From an uncultured Actinomycetota bacterium (GTDB lineage Bacteria; Actinomycetota; Actinomycetes; Streptosporangiales; Streptosporangiaceae), in contig CAWKNX010000003.1 of NCBI GenBank assembly GCA_963851085.1, forward strand, positions 261,318-325,317: DNA of 64,000 nt, given 5' to 3'. A program made the position numbers and the translations under genes. The notes beneath the pieces were generated by a model. That model worked only from the letters and a program-made list of their open reading frames with translations. It did not search any database and was not told the origin of the DNA. Positions 35,963-46,348 of this stretch are shown piece after piece (position 1 is the stretch's first letter; each line of letters starts with the position of its first letter).

Positions 35963-36934
35963 GTGCCGCAGGCGGCGAGCGAGCTCTACCGGACGATGCG
36001 GCTGATCCGCAGCTTCGAGGAACGGGCGCTGCAACTGGTGAAGTCGGGCGACATCGTCGGTGGCACCCATCCGTACATCGGCCAGGAGGCGGTCGCCACC
36101 GGTGTCTGCGCGGCGCTGCGCGGCGATGACCTCATCACGGGAACGCACCGCGGTCATGGGCACGTTCTCGCCAAGGGCGGCGATCCACGGCGCGTGCTCG
36201 CCGAGCTCGCGGGCAAGGAGACCGGGCTCAACCGTGGCCGTGGCGGCTCGATGCACGCCGCCGACCTCGGGCTGGGCATCCTGGGTGCCAACGCGATCGT
36301 GGGTGCCGCCGCCCCGATCAGCGTCGGTGCCGCGTGGTCGGCGCGCCGGACGGGCAGCGGCCAGGTGGTGGCGACCTTCTTCGGCGACGGCGCGCTCAAC
36401 CAGGGCGTGCTGCTCGAGGCGATGAACCTGGCCTCGCTGTGGAGCCTGCCCGTCCTGTTCGTGTGCGAGAACAACGGCTACGCGACCACGATGCCGTTCG
36501 CGACCTCGGTGGCAGGGACCGCGGCCGGCCGCGCGGAGGCGTTCGGCATCACGGCGCGGTCGGTCGACGGGATGGACGTCGAGCAGGTCCGGGACGCGGC
36601 GGCCGACATGGTCTCCCGCGCCCGTGGCGGGCAGGGCCCGGGCTTCCTCGAGTGCATGACCTATCGGTTCGGCCCGCATCACACGATGGAGTACCGGCTC
36701 AAGCTCTCCTACCGCTCCGCGGCCGAGATAGCACGGTGGAAGGAGCGTGACCCGCTCGACATCGAGGGAGCCAGGCTCGCCGCAGGGGACAGGGAGCGGA
36801 TCGACGAGGAGGTCGCGGCGGTCATCGATGCGGCGGCCGAGTTCGCGCGCTCGAGCCCATCGCCGGATCCGGCGGGCGCGCTCGACTTTCTCTATGCCAG
36901 CGGCCTGCGGCCCCGGGCGGGGGGAGCCGCCTGA
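35963..36934 (+). CDS. TPP-dependent 2-oxoacid dehydrogenase E1 alpha subunit
   Basis: GTG at 35963 lies 7 nt after ggaggg (alternative ATG at 35948). Motifs are YRTMRLIRSFEERA, GTHRGHGH, GGSMH and FFGDGALNQGVLLEAMNLASLWSLPVLFVCENNGYA. Confidence 0.85.
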   Translation: MPQAASELYRTMRLIRSFEERALQLVKSGDIVGGTHPYIGQEAVATGVCAALRGDDLITGTHRGHGHVLAKGGDPRRVLAELAGKETGLNRGRGGSMHAADLGLGILGANAIVGAAAPISVGAAWSARRTGSGQVVATFFGDGALNQGVLLEAMNLASLWSLPVLFVCENNGYATTMPFATSVAGTAAGRAEAFGITARSVDGMDVEQVRDAAADMVSRARGGQGPGFLECMTYRFGPHHTMEYRLKLSYRSAAEIARWKERDPLDIEGARLAAGDRERIDEEVAAVIDAAAEFARSSPSPDPAGALDFLYASGLRPRAGGAA

Positions 36935-37896
36935 TGACCTGGCTGTCGTATGCGAAGGCGCTCAACCGGGCGCTGGGTGACGAGATGGCGCGCGACCCGG
37001 CAGTCTGCGTGTTCGGCGAGGACGTCCAGGCCGGGATCGCCGGGCTGACGTTGGGGCTGCACAAGCGTTTCGGCGGCGACCGCATCGTCGACATGCCCCT
37101 GTCGGAGCAGGCGTTCACCAGCATGGCCACCGGCGCGGCCATGACGGGGACGCGGCCGGTAATCGAATTCCAGATACCTTCGCTGCTTTTCCTGGTTTTC
37201 GAGCAGATCGCCAACCATGCGCACAAGTTTTCATTGATGACTGGCGGCCAGGTAGCGGTCCCTGTCACGTACATCGTGCCGGGATCGGGTTCGCGGATGG
37301 GATGGGCAGGCCAGCACTCCGACCATCCGTACAGCCTTTTTGCCCACGTAGGAGTCAAGACGGTTGTCCCCTCGATGCCGTCCGACGTCTATGGCCTGCT
37401 CGTATCCGCGATCCGCGACGAAGATCCGACCGTGATATTCGCTCCCACCGGTGCGATGGGAGTGCGCGAGGACATTACCTCCGAGCTCGTGGCTGTCCCG
37501 CTCGGCTCGGCGCGAATTCACCGGGGCGGGTCTGATGTCACCGTTGTCGCGGTCGGGCATCTCGTCCACGACGCGCTTGCGGTCGCGGCGGAAATCGCCG
37601 GCGACGTGTCGCTGGAAATCTTCGACCCGCGCACGCTGTACCCCTTCGACTGGGACGCGCTCATGTCGTCGTTGCGCAAGACCCGGCGCCTGGTAGTGAT
37701 CGATGACTCCAACAGGTATTGCGGCTTCGGCGCTGAGGTGATCGCGACTGTCGCGGAGGAACTGCAACTGATCGCGCCGCCCAAGCGGGTGACCCGGCCG
37801 GACGGCGCCGTGCTGCCCTTCGCGCTGGAACTCGACCGGGCTGTTCAGCCGAGCCGAGATCAGCTCGTGGCCGCGATCAGGGCGGTCATGAAGTAG
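36934..37896 (+). CDS. 2-oxoacid dehydrogenase E1 beta subunit
   Basis: The ATG overlaps the alpha-subunit TGA by 1 nt. Motifs are ALNRALGDEMARDPAVCVFGEDV, DMPLSEQAFTSMATGAAMTGTRPVIEFQ and a C-terminal transketolase-C-like part. Confidence 0.9.
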   Translation: MTWLSYAKALNRALGDEMARDPAVCVFGEDVQAGIAGLTLGLHKRFGGDRIVDMPLSEQAFTSMATGAAMTGTRPVIEFQIPSLLFLVFEQIANHAHKFSLMTGGQVAVPVTYIVPGSGSRMGWAGQHSDHPYSLFAHVGVKTVVPSMPSDVYGLLVSAIRDEDPTVIFAPTGAMGVREDITSELVAVPLGSARIHRGGSDVTVVAVGHLVHDALAVAAEIAGDVSLEIFDPRTLYPFDWDALMSSLRKTRRLVVIDDSNRYCGFGAEVIATVAEELQLIAPPKRVTRPDGAVLPFALELDRAVQPSRDQLVAAIRAVMK

Positions 37897-37952
37897 CTGT
37901 TCCCGCGGCCTGACAGACTGGCCCGGACAGCGTCGTCCCCGAGGAGGTCTCC

Positions 37953-38981
37953 ATGCTGCCGTGGTCGGCTGAACTTGCCGGGCGAATCGACCGGCAGGTG
38001 ATCGCCAGCGAGGCGCTGCGGGGCAATCCGCTCGGGGATCCGGCGCAGCGTCCGCTGTGGGTGCAGCTGCCACCTGGTTACGACGACGATCCCGCGCGCC
38101 GCTTTCCCTCCGTCTACGTGCTTCAGGGCTACACCGGTCATCTGTCGATGTGGGCGAACAGGCCAGCATACGGCCAGCCATTCCCCGAACTGGCCGACGA
38201 GGTGTTCGCGAGCGGGCAGGCACCCCCGGCGATCGTGGTGTACGTGGACGCGTGGACGGCCTACGGCGGCAGCCAGTTCGTCGACTCGGCAGGCACCGGG
38301 CGCTATCACACGTACCTGTGCGACGAGGTCGTCCCGTGGGTCGACGCCAGGTACCGCACGCTCGCGGGCCGTGACCATCGCGCGATCAGCGGCAAGTCGA
38401 GTGGCGGCTTCGGTGCGATGATCACGCCGATGCTGCGGCCGGACCTTTTCTCTGCGCTGGCCACGCACGCTGGCGATTCGCTGTACGAGATGTGCTACAT
38501 CCCGGGTCTGGCCACGGCGGTTCGGCACTTGCGCGATTACGACGGGGACATCATGGCTTGGTGGGCGGATTTCCGCTCCCGCCCGAACCTCCAGAAGGAC
38601 GGCGATCTGGATCTGCTGATGCTCCTTGGCGTTTCCGCCTGCTTCTCGGCCGGCGACGACGGCGTGCCCGAGCTGCCGATGGAGCCGGACACGGGCGTAC
38701 TGCGCGAGGGCGTCTGGCAGCGCTGGCTGGACTGGGATCCGGTCCGTATGGTGCCCGCGCACGCGGGCGCACTCCGCTCCATGCGCGCGATCTGGATCGA
38801 CGCCGGCACCAGGGACGACTTCTTCCTCGACTTGGGCGCCGCAGCGTTCCGGCAGGCGCTGGCCAATGCCGGCGTGCGGGACGACGCTATTGCTTTCGAG
38901 CTGTTCGACGGCAAGCACGGCGGTATCGGTTACCGGTATCCGATGGCGCTCGCCTGGCTCTGTGAGCGGATAGCGGCATAA
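37953..38981 (+). CDS. Putative esterase family (PF00756-like) alpha/beta hydrolase
   Basis: It has FPSVYVLQGYTG, the nucleophile elbow ISGKSSGGFGAM and C-terminal FELFDGKHG. Confidence 0.7.
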   Translation: MLPWSAELAGRIDRQVIASEALRGNPLGDPAQRPLWVQLPPGYDDDPARRFPSVYVLQGYTGHLSMWANRPAYGQPFPELADEVFASGQAPPAIVVYVDAWTAYGGSQFVDSAGTGRYHTYLCDEVVPWVDARYRTLAGRDHRAISGKSSGGFGAMITPMLRPDLFSALATHAGDSLYEMCYIPGLATAVRHLRDYDGDIMAWWADFRSRPNLQKDGDLDLLMLLGVSACFSAGDDGVPELPMEPDTGVLREGVWQRWLDWDPVRMVPAHAGALRSMRAIWIDAGTRDDFFLDLGAAAFRQALANAGVRDDAIAFELFDGKHGGIGYRYPMALAWLCERIAA

Positions 38982-38998
38982 CAGGCCCGGGGCTCCGC

Positions 38999-39238
38999 TC
39001 AGCCCAGGTCGTCGAACTCGCCGTCCTTGACTCCCGCGATGAACGCACGCCACTCGGCTTCTGTGAACGCGAGTACCGGTCCGTCCGGGTTCTTGGAGTC
39101 ACGCATGAGGATTAGCCGGCCGGCGCCCGCCTTGTGCGTGGGAACCGCTGCCTCGTCGTCCGTGACGGTGACCTCCACGGATTCTATTTCGCCGGTTTCA
39201 TGGCCGCTTTCCCGCCATGCCGACCCAGAGCTGTCCAT
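38999..39238 (-). CDS. DUF397 domain protein
   Basis: The C-terminal half LILMRDSKNPDGPVLAFTEAEWRAFIAGVKDGEFD matches the DUF397 pattern. The N-terminal SSYS..C motif is absent or divergent, and there is no adjacent XRE partner. Confidence 0.55.
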   Translation of the reverse strand: MDSSGSAWRESGHETGEIESVEVTVTDDEAAVPTHKAGAGRLILMRDSKNPDGPVLAFTEAEWRAFIAGVKDGEFDDLG

Positions 39239-39412
39239 CCCGTATACCCCGCGCTTTCTAGAGCCGACCGCTCCATATGGAGGCTAGTCCTGTGGGCGTC
39301 CTTCCGCCCAGGAGTGTATAGGTGGTCGGCTCAGTAAGGGTTTCCGTTCGGGCATTGTGGGTTGCGCGGCGGCAGGGTGTATCGCGACGGTAGCGTATGC
39401 GGCGCGGCCGGG

Positions 39413-39463
39413 GTGCGCGGCCGGCGTGCGCGGCCGGCGTGCGCGGCCGGCGTGCGGCCGGCC
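39413..39463. repeat. 13-bp tandem repeat (gtgcgcggccggc, about 3.9 copies), intergenic
   Basis: Unit starts at 39413, 39426, 39439 and 39452. Confidence 0.8.
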
Positions 39464-39600
39464 ACGTAGCGCGGCGCGGCAGGGACCTGGCGGCGGCCGG
39501 ATGATGCTGCCGTGCTGCGAAGAAGCCGGTTGAACGGGACAGGCCGCAGGTACGTGCTCTGAAGTATCCCCGGCACCACCCTGAACGGAGAACACACGCG

Positions 39601-40125
39601 ATGCGTAATCGAGTATGGATCATCAGCGGGCTCGCCGCAGTGGCCTTCCTGGCCGCCGCGTGCGGAAGCTCGTCCACTGGTGCGGGAAGCGGAACGGCAT
39701 CCAGCGCCCCCGCTTCGAGCTCGGCCTCGTCCGCGACGGCCCTGAAGACCGCGAAGATCGGTAGCGCGACCGTGCTCACCAATGCCAAGGGCTTCACCCT
39801 CTACTGGTTCGCCCCGGACACCTCGACCAAGTCGAACTGCAACGGCAGCTGCGCCAGCTTCTGGCCACCGGTGCAGGGTCCGGCGACCGCCGGCACTGGT
39901 GTCACCGGCACGCTCGGTACGATCACACGGGACGACGGCTCGACACAGGCCACCTACAACAGCCATCCCCTGTACACCTATGTCCAGGACACAGCCCCTG
40001 GTGAGGCCAAGGGTAACGACCTCAACGCGTCTGGCGGGGTATGGCATGAGGTCACCGTGTCCGGTTCGGCCGCTCCTTCGTCCAGCCCGTCATCCGGCGG
40101 CGGCGGCGGCGGGTACGGTTACTGA
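39601..40125 (+). CDS. Secreted lipoprotein with COG4315/PF03640-type repeats
   Basis: Signal peptide plus lipobox is MRNRVWIISGLAAVAFLAAAC. Two repeat modules are present: VLTNAKGFTLYWFAPDT..CNGSCASFWPP and HPLYTYVQDTAPGEAKGN. Confidence 0.8.
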   Translation: MRNRVWIISGLAAVAFLAAACGSSSTGAGSGTASSAPASSSASSATALKTAKIGSATVLTNAKGFTLYWFAPDTSTKSNCNGSCASFWPPVQGPATAGTGVTGTLGTITRDDGSTQATYNSHPLYTYVQDTAPGEAKGNDLNASGGVWHEVTVSGSAAPSSSPSSGGGGGGYGY

Positions 40126-40343
40126 CGCCGAGGCCAGCCTCGTCTGGCAGCGGCATTGACGCGTGGCTTTCCCGGGAGTGGCATTTCTTCCTCGACGGCC
40201 GGCCGGGCCCAGGAGTTCGCGCCCGGCCGGCCGCCGCGCCGTCGTGGACCCGTCGTCGTGCGCTGTTCGTGCGCCGTTGCGGGGGATGGACGGGTGCGGT
40301 CAGCTTGTACCGGGTGGAGGAAGCCCGAGCTGGCTGCGGATGA

Positions 40344-42794
<2,451 letters not shown>

Positions 42795-42805
42795 CACCGT
42801 CTTGC

Positions 42806-42849
42806 CCCGGGGGGCGACCCCGGGATCCCCGCAGGCCGTGGCGGCCGCT
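42806..42849. repeat. Family-A palindromic element, copy A4 (between convergent genes)
   Basis: ccccggggggcgaccccgggatccccgcaggccgtggcggccgc lies 12 nt after the MFS stop. Confidence 0.65.
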
Positions 42850-42901
42850 CAGCCGGATCGGAATCAGGCTGTTCAGGGGTGGCAGATTGCCGGGCTGGCG
42901 G

Positions 42902-43924
42902 TCAGGCGGGAACGATCACGTTGAGCGCGGCCGGCATCACGCGGATGGTCAGCGGCGATCCGGCCGCGAGCAACTCGCCGTCCGCGCCGACCGGCAGGGG
43001 ACGGTCCACGGTCAGTGTGACCATCGTGGCGCGGCCCGTGCTGACGCTGGGCAGGGTCACGTGCGTGCCGTCCTTGATCTTCATGAGCGCGCGGACGAAC
43101 GTCATCTTCGGTCCGTGCCGCATCGCCACGATGTCGAGCATGCCGTCGGTGTAGCTGGCACCGGGGGCGACCTTCATCCCGGCCCCGAAGTACGGGATGT
43201 TGGCGACCACGACCGCGTAGCCGCGGAATTCGAGCCGGTCCTGGCGCCCATCGGCGCCCGTCGTCTCGACCAGGAACGTGGTGGGTTTCCAGCCGATCAG
43301 CGCCCTGAGCGCCGCGATGTTGTAGACCAGTGGCCCGCGGATGAAGCGGGTCCGGTTCGCGATCTCGCCCGCGACAGACGCGATGCCGACGTACACGCTG
43401 CCCGTGACGATGATGGGCGCCTGGTGTGTGCCAGCACCAGCGCCGGCACCAGCGCCGGCACCAGCGCCGGTCACCGCGATCAGGTCGACGGGCTGCCGCC
43501 GGCCGCCGAGGAGCAGGCGGGCCGCGGCCGCCGGATCGAAAGGTATCCGCATCGTGCGGGCGAAGTCGTTGCCGCGCCCGGCGGGAATGACGCCGAAGGC
43601 GCCGGCCGGTTCGGTCTGCGCGCCGTGCCCGGCGCTGGCCTGCCCGGCCACTGTCTGCGCGCGCCGCTGTGTTGACCCGGTTATCGCCTGGGCGAACGTG
43701 CCCGCGAGAGCACTGGTGAGGCCGTCTCCGCCGAACGCGACAACGGTGTCGCCGCGGCGGGCGGCCCCCGCCGCCAGCGTGCGAGCGTGCTCCATGCTCG
43801 TGCTCTCGGACACCGTGTAGTCAACTCCCGCGGCGTCGAGGACCGCGGCCACCTTTGGCAGGTAACTGGCGGGCCTGCCACCGCCGGCGGCCGGGTTCAC
43901 CACAAGGGTGAGCGGAACGGTCAT
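42902..43924 (-). CDS. Diacylglycerol/lipid kinase (YegS/BmrU family)
   Basis: Start is MTVPLTLVVNPAAGGG at 43924. Motifs are VVAFGGDGLTS and IPAGRGNDFAR. It contains a (GA)n microsatellite insertion. Confidence 0.85.
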   Translation of the reverse strand: MTVPLTLVVNPAAGGGRPASYLPKVAAVLDAAGVDYTVSESTSMEHARTLAAGAARRGDTVVAFGGDGLTSALAGTFAQAITGSTQRRAQTVAGQASAGHGAQTEPAGAFGVIPAGRGNDFARTMRIPFDPAAAARLLLGGRRQPVDLIAVTGAGAGAGAGAGAGTHQAPIIVTGSVYVGIASVAGEIANRTRFIRGPLVYNIAALRALIGWKPTTFLVETTGADGRQDRLEFRGYAVVVANIPYFGAGMKVAPGASYTDGMLDIVAMRHGPKMTFVRALMKIKDGTHVTLPSVSTGRATMVTLTVDRPLPVGADGELLAAGSPLTIRVMPAALNVIVPA

Positions 43925-43955
43925 CGGCTGCCCTCTCAGCGTGTACCCGCACCGG

Positions 43956-45590
43956 TCAGCGTGGCGGGATGAGCTTGCCTGGATTGAGTACACCGCCGGG
44001 GTCGAGCGTGCCGGCGACCGCGCGCAGGACGTCGAGGCCGAGGTCGCCAATCTCGGCGCGCATCCAGCCGCGGTGGTCGGTGCCAACCGCGTGGTGATGG
44101 GTGATTGTGCCACCAGTCGCGGCGATGGCGTCACCCGCTGCGGTCTTCGCGGCCGTCCACCCGGCGATGGGATCGGATCCCAGCGCGCAGACGATGGTGT
44201 AGTAGAGCGACGCCCCGGCGGGGTAGACATGCGAGACATGGCACATGACCAGCGGTGGCGTGCCCGAGGAGGTGAGTGAACAGGTAAGCGCCGACCGCAC
44301 GGCCGCGTCGAGCCGGTGCAAATTCGCCCATGTGGTCGCCGTTTCGAGGGTTTCGGCCAGCACCCCGGCGTCGAGCAGCGCATCGCGCAGGTAGGGCGCG
44401 GTGAACCGGCCTTCACGCCAGGCGGCGACCGGCGGCGGCCCGAGCGTGGTCCCGCCGCCGCCCGCGAGGATCGATGCCGCGGCCACGCGCTGCGCCTGCG
44501 CCGCGGCCCGCGCCCCCTCGTAGCTGGTGACCATGAGGCAGCCAGGGATGGGCCGCCCGCTGCCGGTCAGCGCGAGCACAGATGTTTCTGCCTCGTCACT
44601 AAGCCGAACGACTGACGTGAGCTGACGGCCGTCCTGCGCGAGCGCCCGCAGCGCGGCGATACCACTATCGAAGCCTGCGAACGCCCATGCTTCGTCGATC
44701 ACGGTCTCCGGCCGGAGCCTGACCCGGACTGTGACCTCGGTGATGACGCCGAAGATGCCCTCGGAGCCAAGCAGAAGCTGGCGCAGATCCGGTCCCGCCG
44801 CCGACTGCGGTGCCCGGCCACCAGCGGTGAGGGTGCCGCGGGGGGTGGCTGCGGTGATCGCGAGGACCATGTCATCGAACCGTCCGTAGCCGGCGGAGGC
44901 CTGCCCAGCCGAACGGGTCGCGGCGAAGCCGCCGATGGTCGCGTGCTCGAAGCTCTGCGGCAGGTGCCCGACGGTAAGACCGTGCGCACCGAGCAGGCGT
45001 TCGGCCTGCGGCCCGCGCAGGCCGGCTTCGAGCGTGGCGGTCAGCGAGATGGTGTCGACCGCCACGAGACGGTTCATCCTGCGCAGGTCGAGCGCGACCA
45101 CCGCGGTCAGGCCGCCGCGCAGCGGCTCGACACCGCCGGTGACGCTCGTGCCACCGCCGAACGGCACCACCGCGACGCGGTGCCTGGTGGCTGCGCCGAG
45201 TACGGCGAGAACCTCATCGTGCGTCCGCGGCGTGATGACCGCGTCAGGGAAGGTCAGGCCCGTGCCCGCGCGCTGGCGGAGCAGGTCGCTGGTGCTGCGC
45301 CCCGCGCTGTGCCGCAGGCGGGTGGCGGCGTCGACATGGACCTGCGCCGCACCCACCGCGGATTCGAAGGCCTGCCTGGTGGCCGCGGTGAGCTGGGGAG
45401 GGCGGACACGGACGGCATCGGATCGCACAGGTGCCGGCTGGGCGGCACGGGTGCCGAAGGTCTGTTCGAGCAGGTCGCGTACGCGTCCGGGCAACGGCCG
45501 CGGCTCACCCCAGTGGGCCCAGGGCATGTCAGTCACCTGCCCGGCGGCGAGCTTCGCCGGGGCCCGGTGCTCTCGCGCTGTATCGCCCAT
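43956..45590 (-). CDS. FAD-linked oxidase (alkyl-DHAP synthase/GlcD-like)
   Basis: The FAD_binding_4 region is VVPFGGGTSVTGGVEP..VVALDLRRMNRL. The C-terminal oxidase domain ends ITHHHAVGTDH. The start is uncertain (45590 or 45527). Confidence 0.85.
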   Translation of the reverse strand: MGDTAREHRAPAKLAAGQVTDMPWAHWGEPRPLPGRVRDLLEQTFGTRAAQPAPVRSDAVRVRPPQLTAATRQAFESAVGAAQVHVDAATRLRHSAGRSTSDLLRQRAGTGLTFPDAVITPRTHDEVLAVLGAATRHRVAVVPFGGGTSVTGGVEPLRGGLTAVVALDLRRMNRLVAVDTISLTATLEAGLRGPQAERLLGAHGLTVGHLPQSFEHATIGGFAATRSAGQASAGYGRFDDMVLAITAATPRGTLTAGGRAPQSAAGPDLRQLLLGSEGIFGVITEVTVRVRLRPETVIDEAWAFAGFDSGIAALRALAQDGRQLTSVVRLSDEAETSVLALTGSGRPIPGCLMVTSYEGARAAAQAQRVAAASILAGGGGTTLGPPPVAAWREGRFTAPYLRDALLDAGVLAETLETATTWANLHRLDAAVRSALTCSLTSSGTPPLVMCHVSHVYPAGASLYYTIVCALGSDPIAGWTAAKTAAGDAIAATGGTITHHHAVGTDHRGWMRAEIGDLGLDVLRAVAGTLDPGGVLNPGKLIPPR

Positions 45591-45594
45591 CGGT

Positions 45595-45626
45595 TTATAG
45601 TCTTACATATCATGTCAATCTGTAAT
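45595..45626. promoter_or_regulatory. AT-rich divergent promoter segment with short inverted repeats (candidate TetR operator)
   Basis: ttatagtcttacatatcatgtcaatctgtaa sits between the FAD oxidase (minus) and TetR (plus) starts. It contains ACAT-atc-ATGT at 45605-45615 and TTACA..TGTAA at 45603/45621. Confidence 0.3.
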
Positions 45627-45691
45627 GCTCCGTGTTGCTCGCGGGGATGGGGCACGGATGCGGGTGACACGGCGGAGGAGGGGCCAGCAGC

Positions 45692-46348
45692 TTGAGCAGG
45701 GACCCGGGCCAGCCGGATAGCGGCGGTGTGGGCGGTCACGGCAGCGCCGCGGGCGATGCGGACGGCGCCGATGCCGCCGAGACGGCGATTCTGGACGCGG
45801 CGCGCGAGTGCGTGCTCGCGTTCGGGGTGCGCCGGACATCCCTGTCCGAAGTAGCCCGCAGAGCCCACGTGAGCCGCCCGACCGTGTACCGCCGCTGGCC
45901 AGACCGGACCGCGCTGGTCGCCGACCTGATGACCAGGGAGTGGGCCAGGGTCTTCGGCGCGGCCGAGGTGCGAGAGACAGCAGGCCCGACCGTCCGCCAG
46001 CGGGCGGTCGCCCGGATCGTCGACGTCACACACACGCTGCGCGGGCACCCGCTGCTGCGCAAGATCGTGGACGTGGACCCGGAGCTCCTTCAGCCGTACA
46101 TCTTCGACCGCTTCGGCACGAGTCAGCGAATGGCGATCGCCTACCTTGCCGGATGGCTGCGCGGAGGACAGCAGCAGGGCTCGGTACGGACCGGCGATCC
46201 GGAGGCACTCGCCCGTGCGGTGCTGCTTGCTGTGCAGTCGTATGTACTGTCCGGGCGGCTCGCGAGGGACAAGCTCACCGAGCAGGAACTGGACGCCGAG
46301 CTCGCCATCATGCTCGATCGCTACCTGAGCCCGGGGCTGCCGCGGTGA
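45692..46348 (+). CDS. TetR family transcriptional regulator
   Basis: TTG start follows ggaggagg. The HTH is ILDAARECVLAFGVRRTSLSEVARRAHVSRPTVYRRWPDR. Confidence 0.85.
   Translation: MSRDPGQPDSGGVGGHGSAAGDADGADAAETAILDAARECVLAFGVRRTSLSEVARRAHVSRPTVYRRWPDRTALVADLMTREWARVFGAAEVRETAGPTVRQRAVARIVDVTHTLRGHPLLRKIVDVDPELLQPYIFDRFGTSQRMAIAYLAGWLRGGQQQGSVRTGDPEALARAVLLAVQSYVLSGRLARDKLTEQELDAELAIMLDRYLSPGLPR

Noticed and set aside
43925-44416. 504-aa ORF extending the lipid kinase upstream
   Set aside because: The extra 164 codons overlap the 3' end of the FAD oxidase in another frame. The kinase fold starts at MTVPLTLVVNP (43924).
45808-46344. 703-aa ORF suggesting a much longer GlpD
   Set aside because: The first 179 codons overlap the TetR gene in another frame and are Arg/Pro-rich shadow sequence. 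The FAD-binding GxGxxG lies just after the GTG at 46345.
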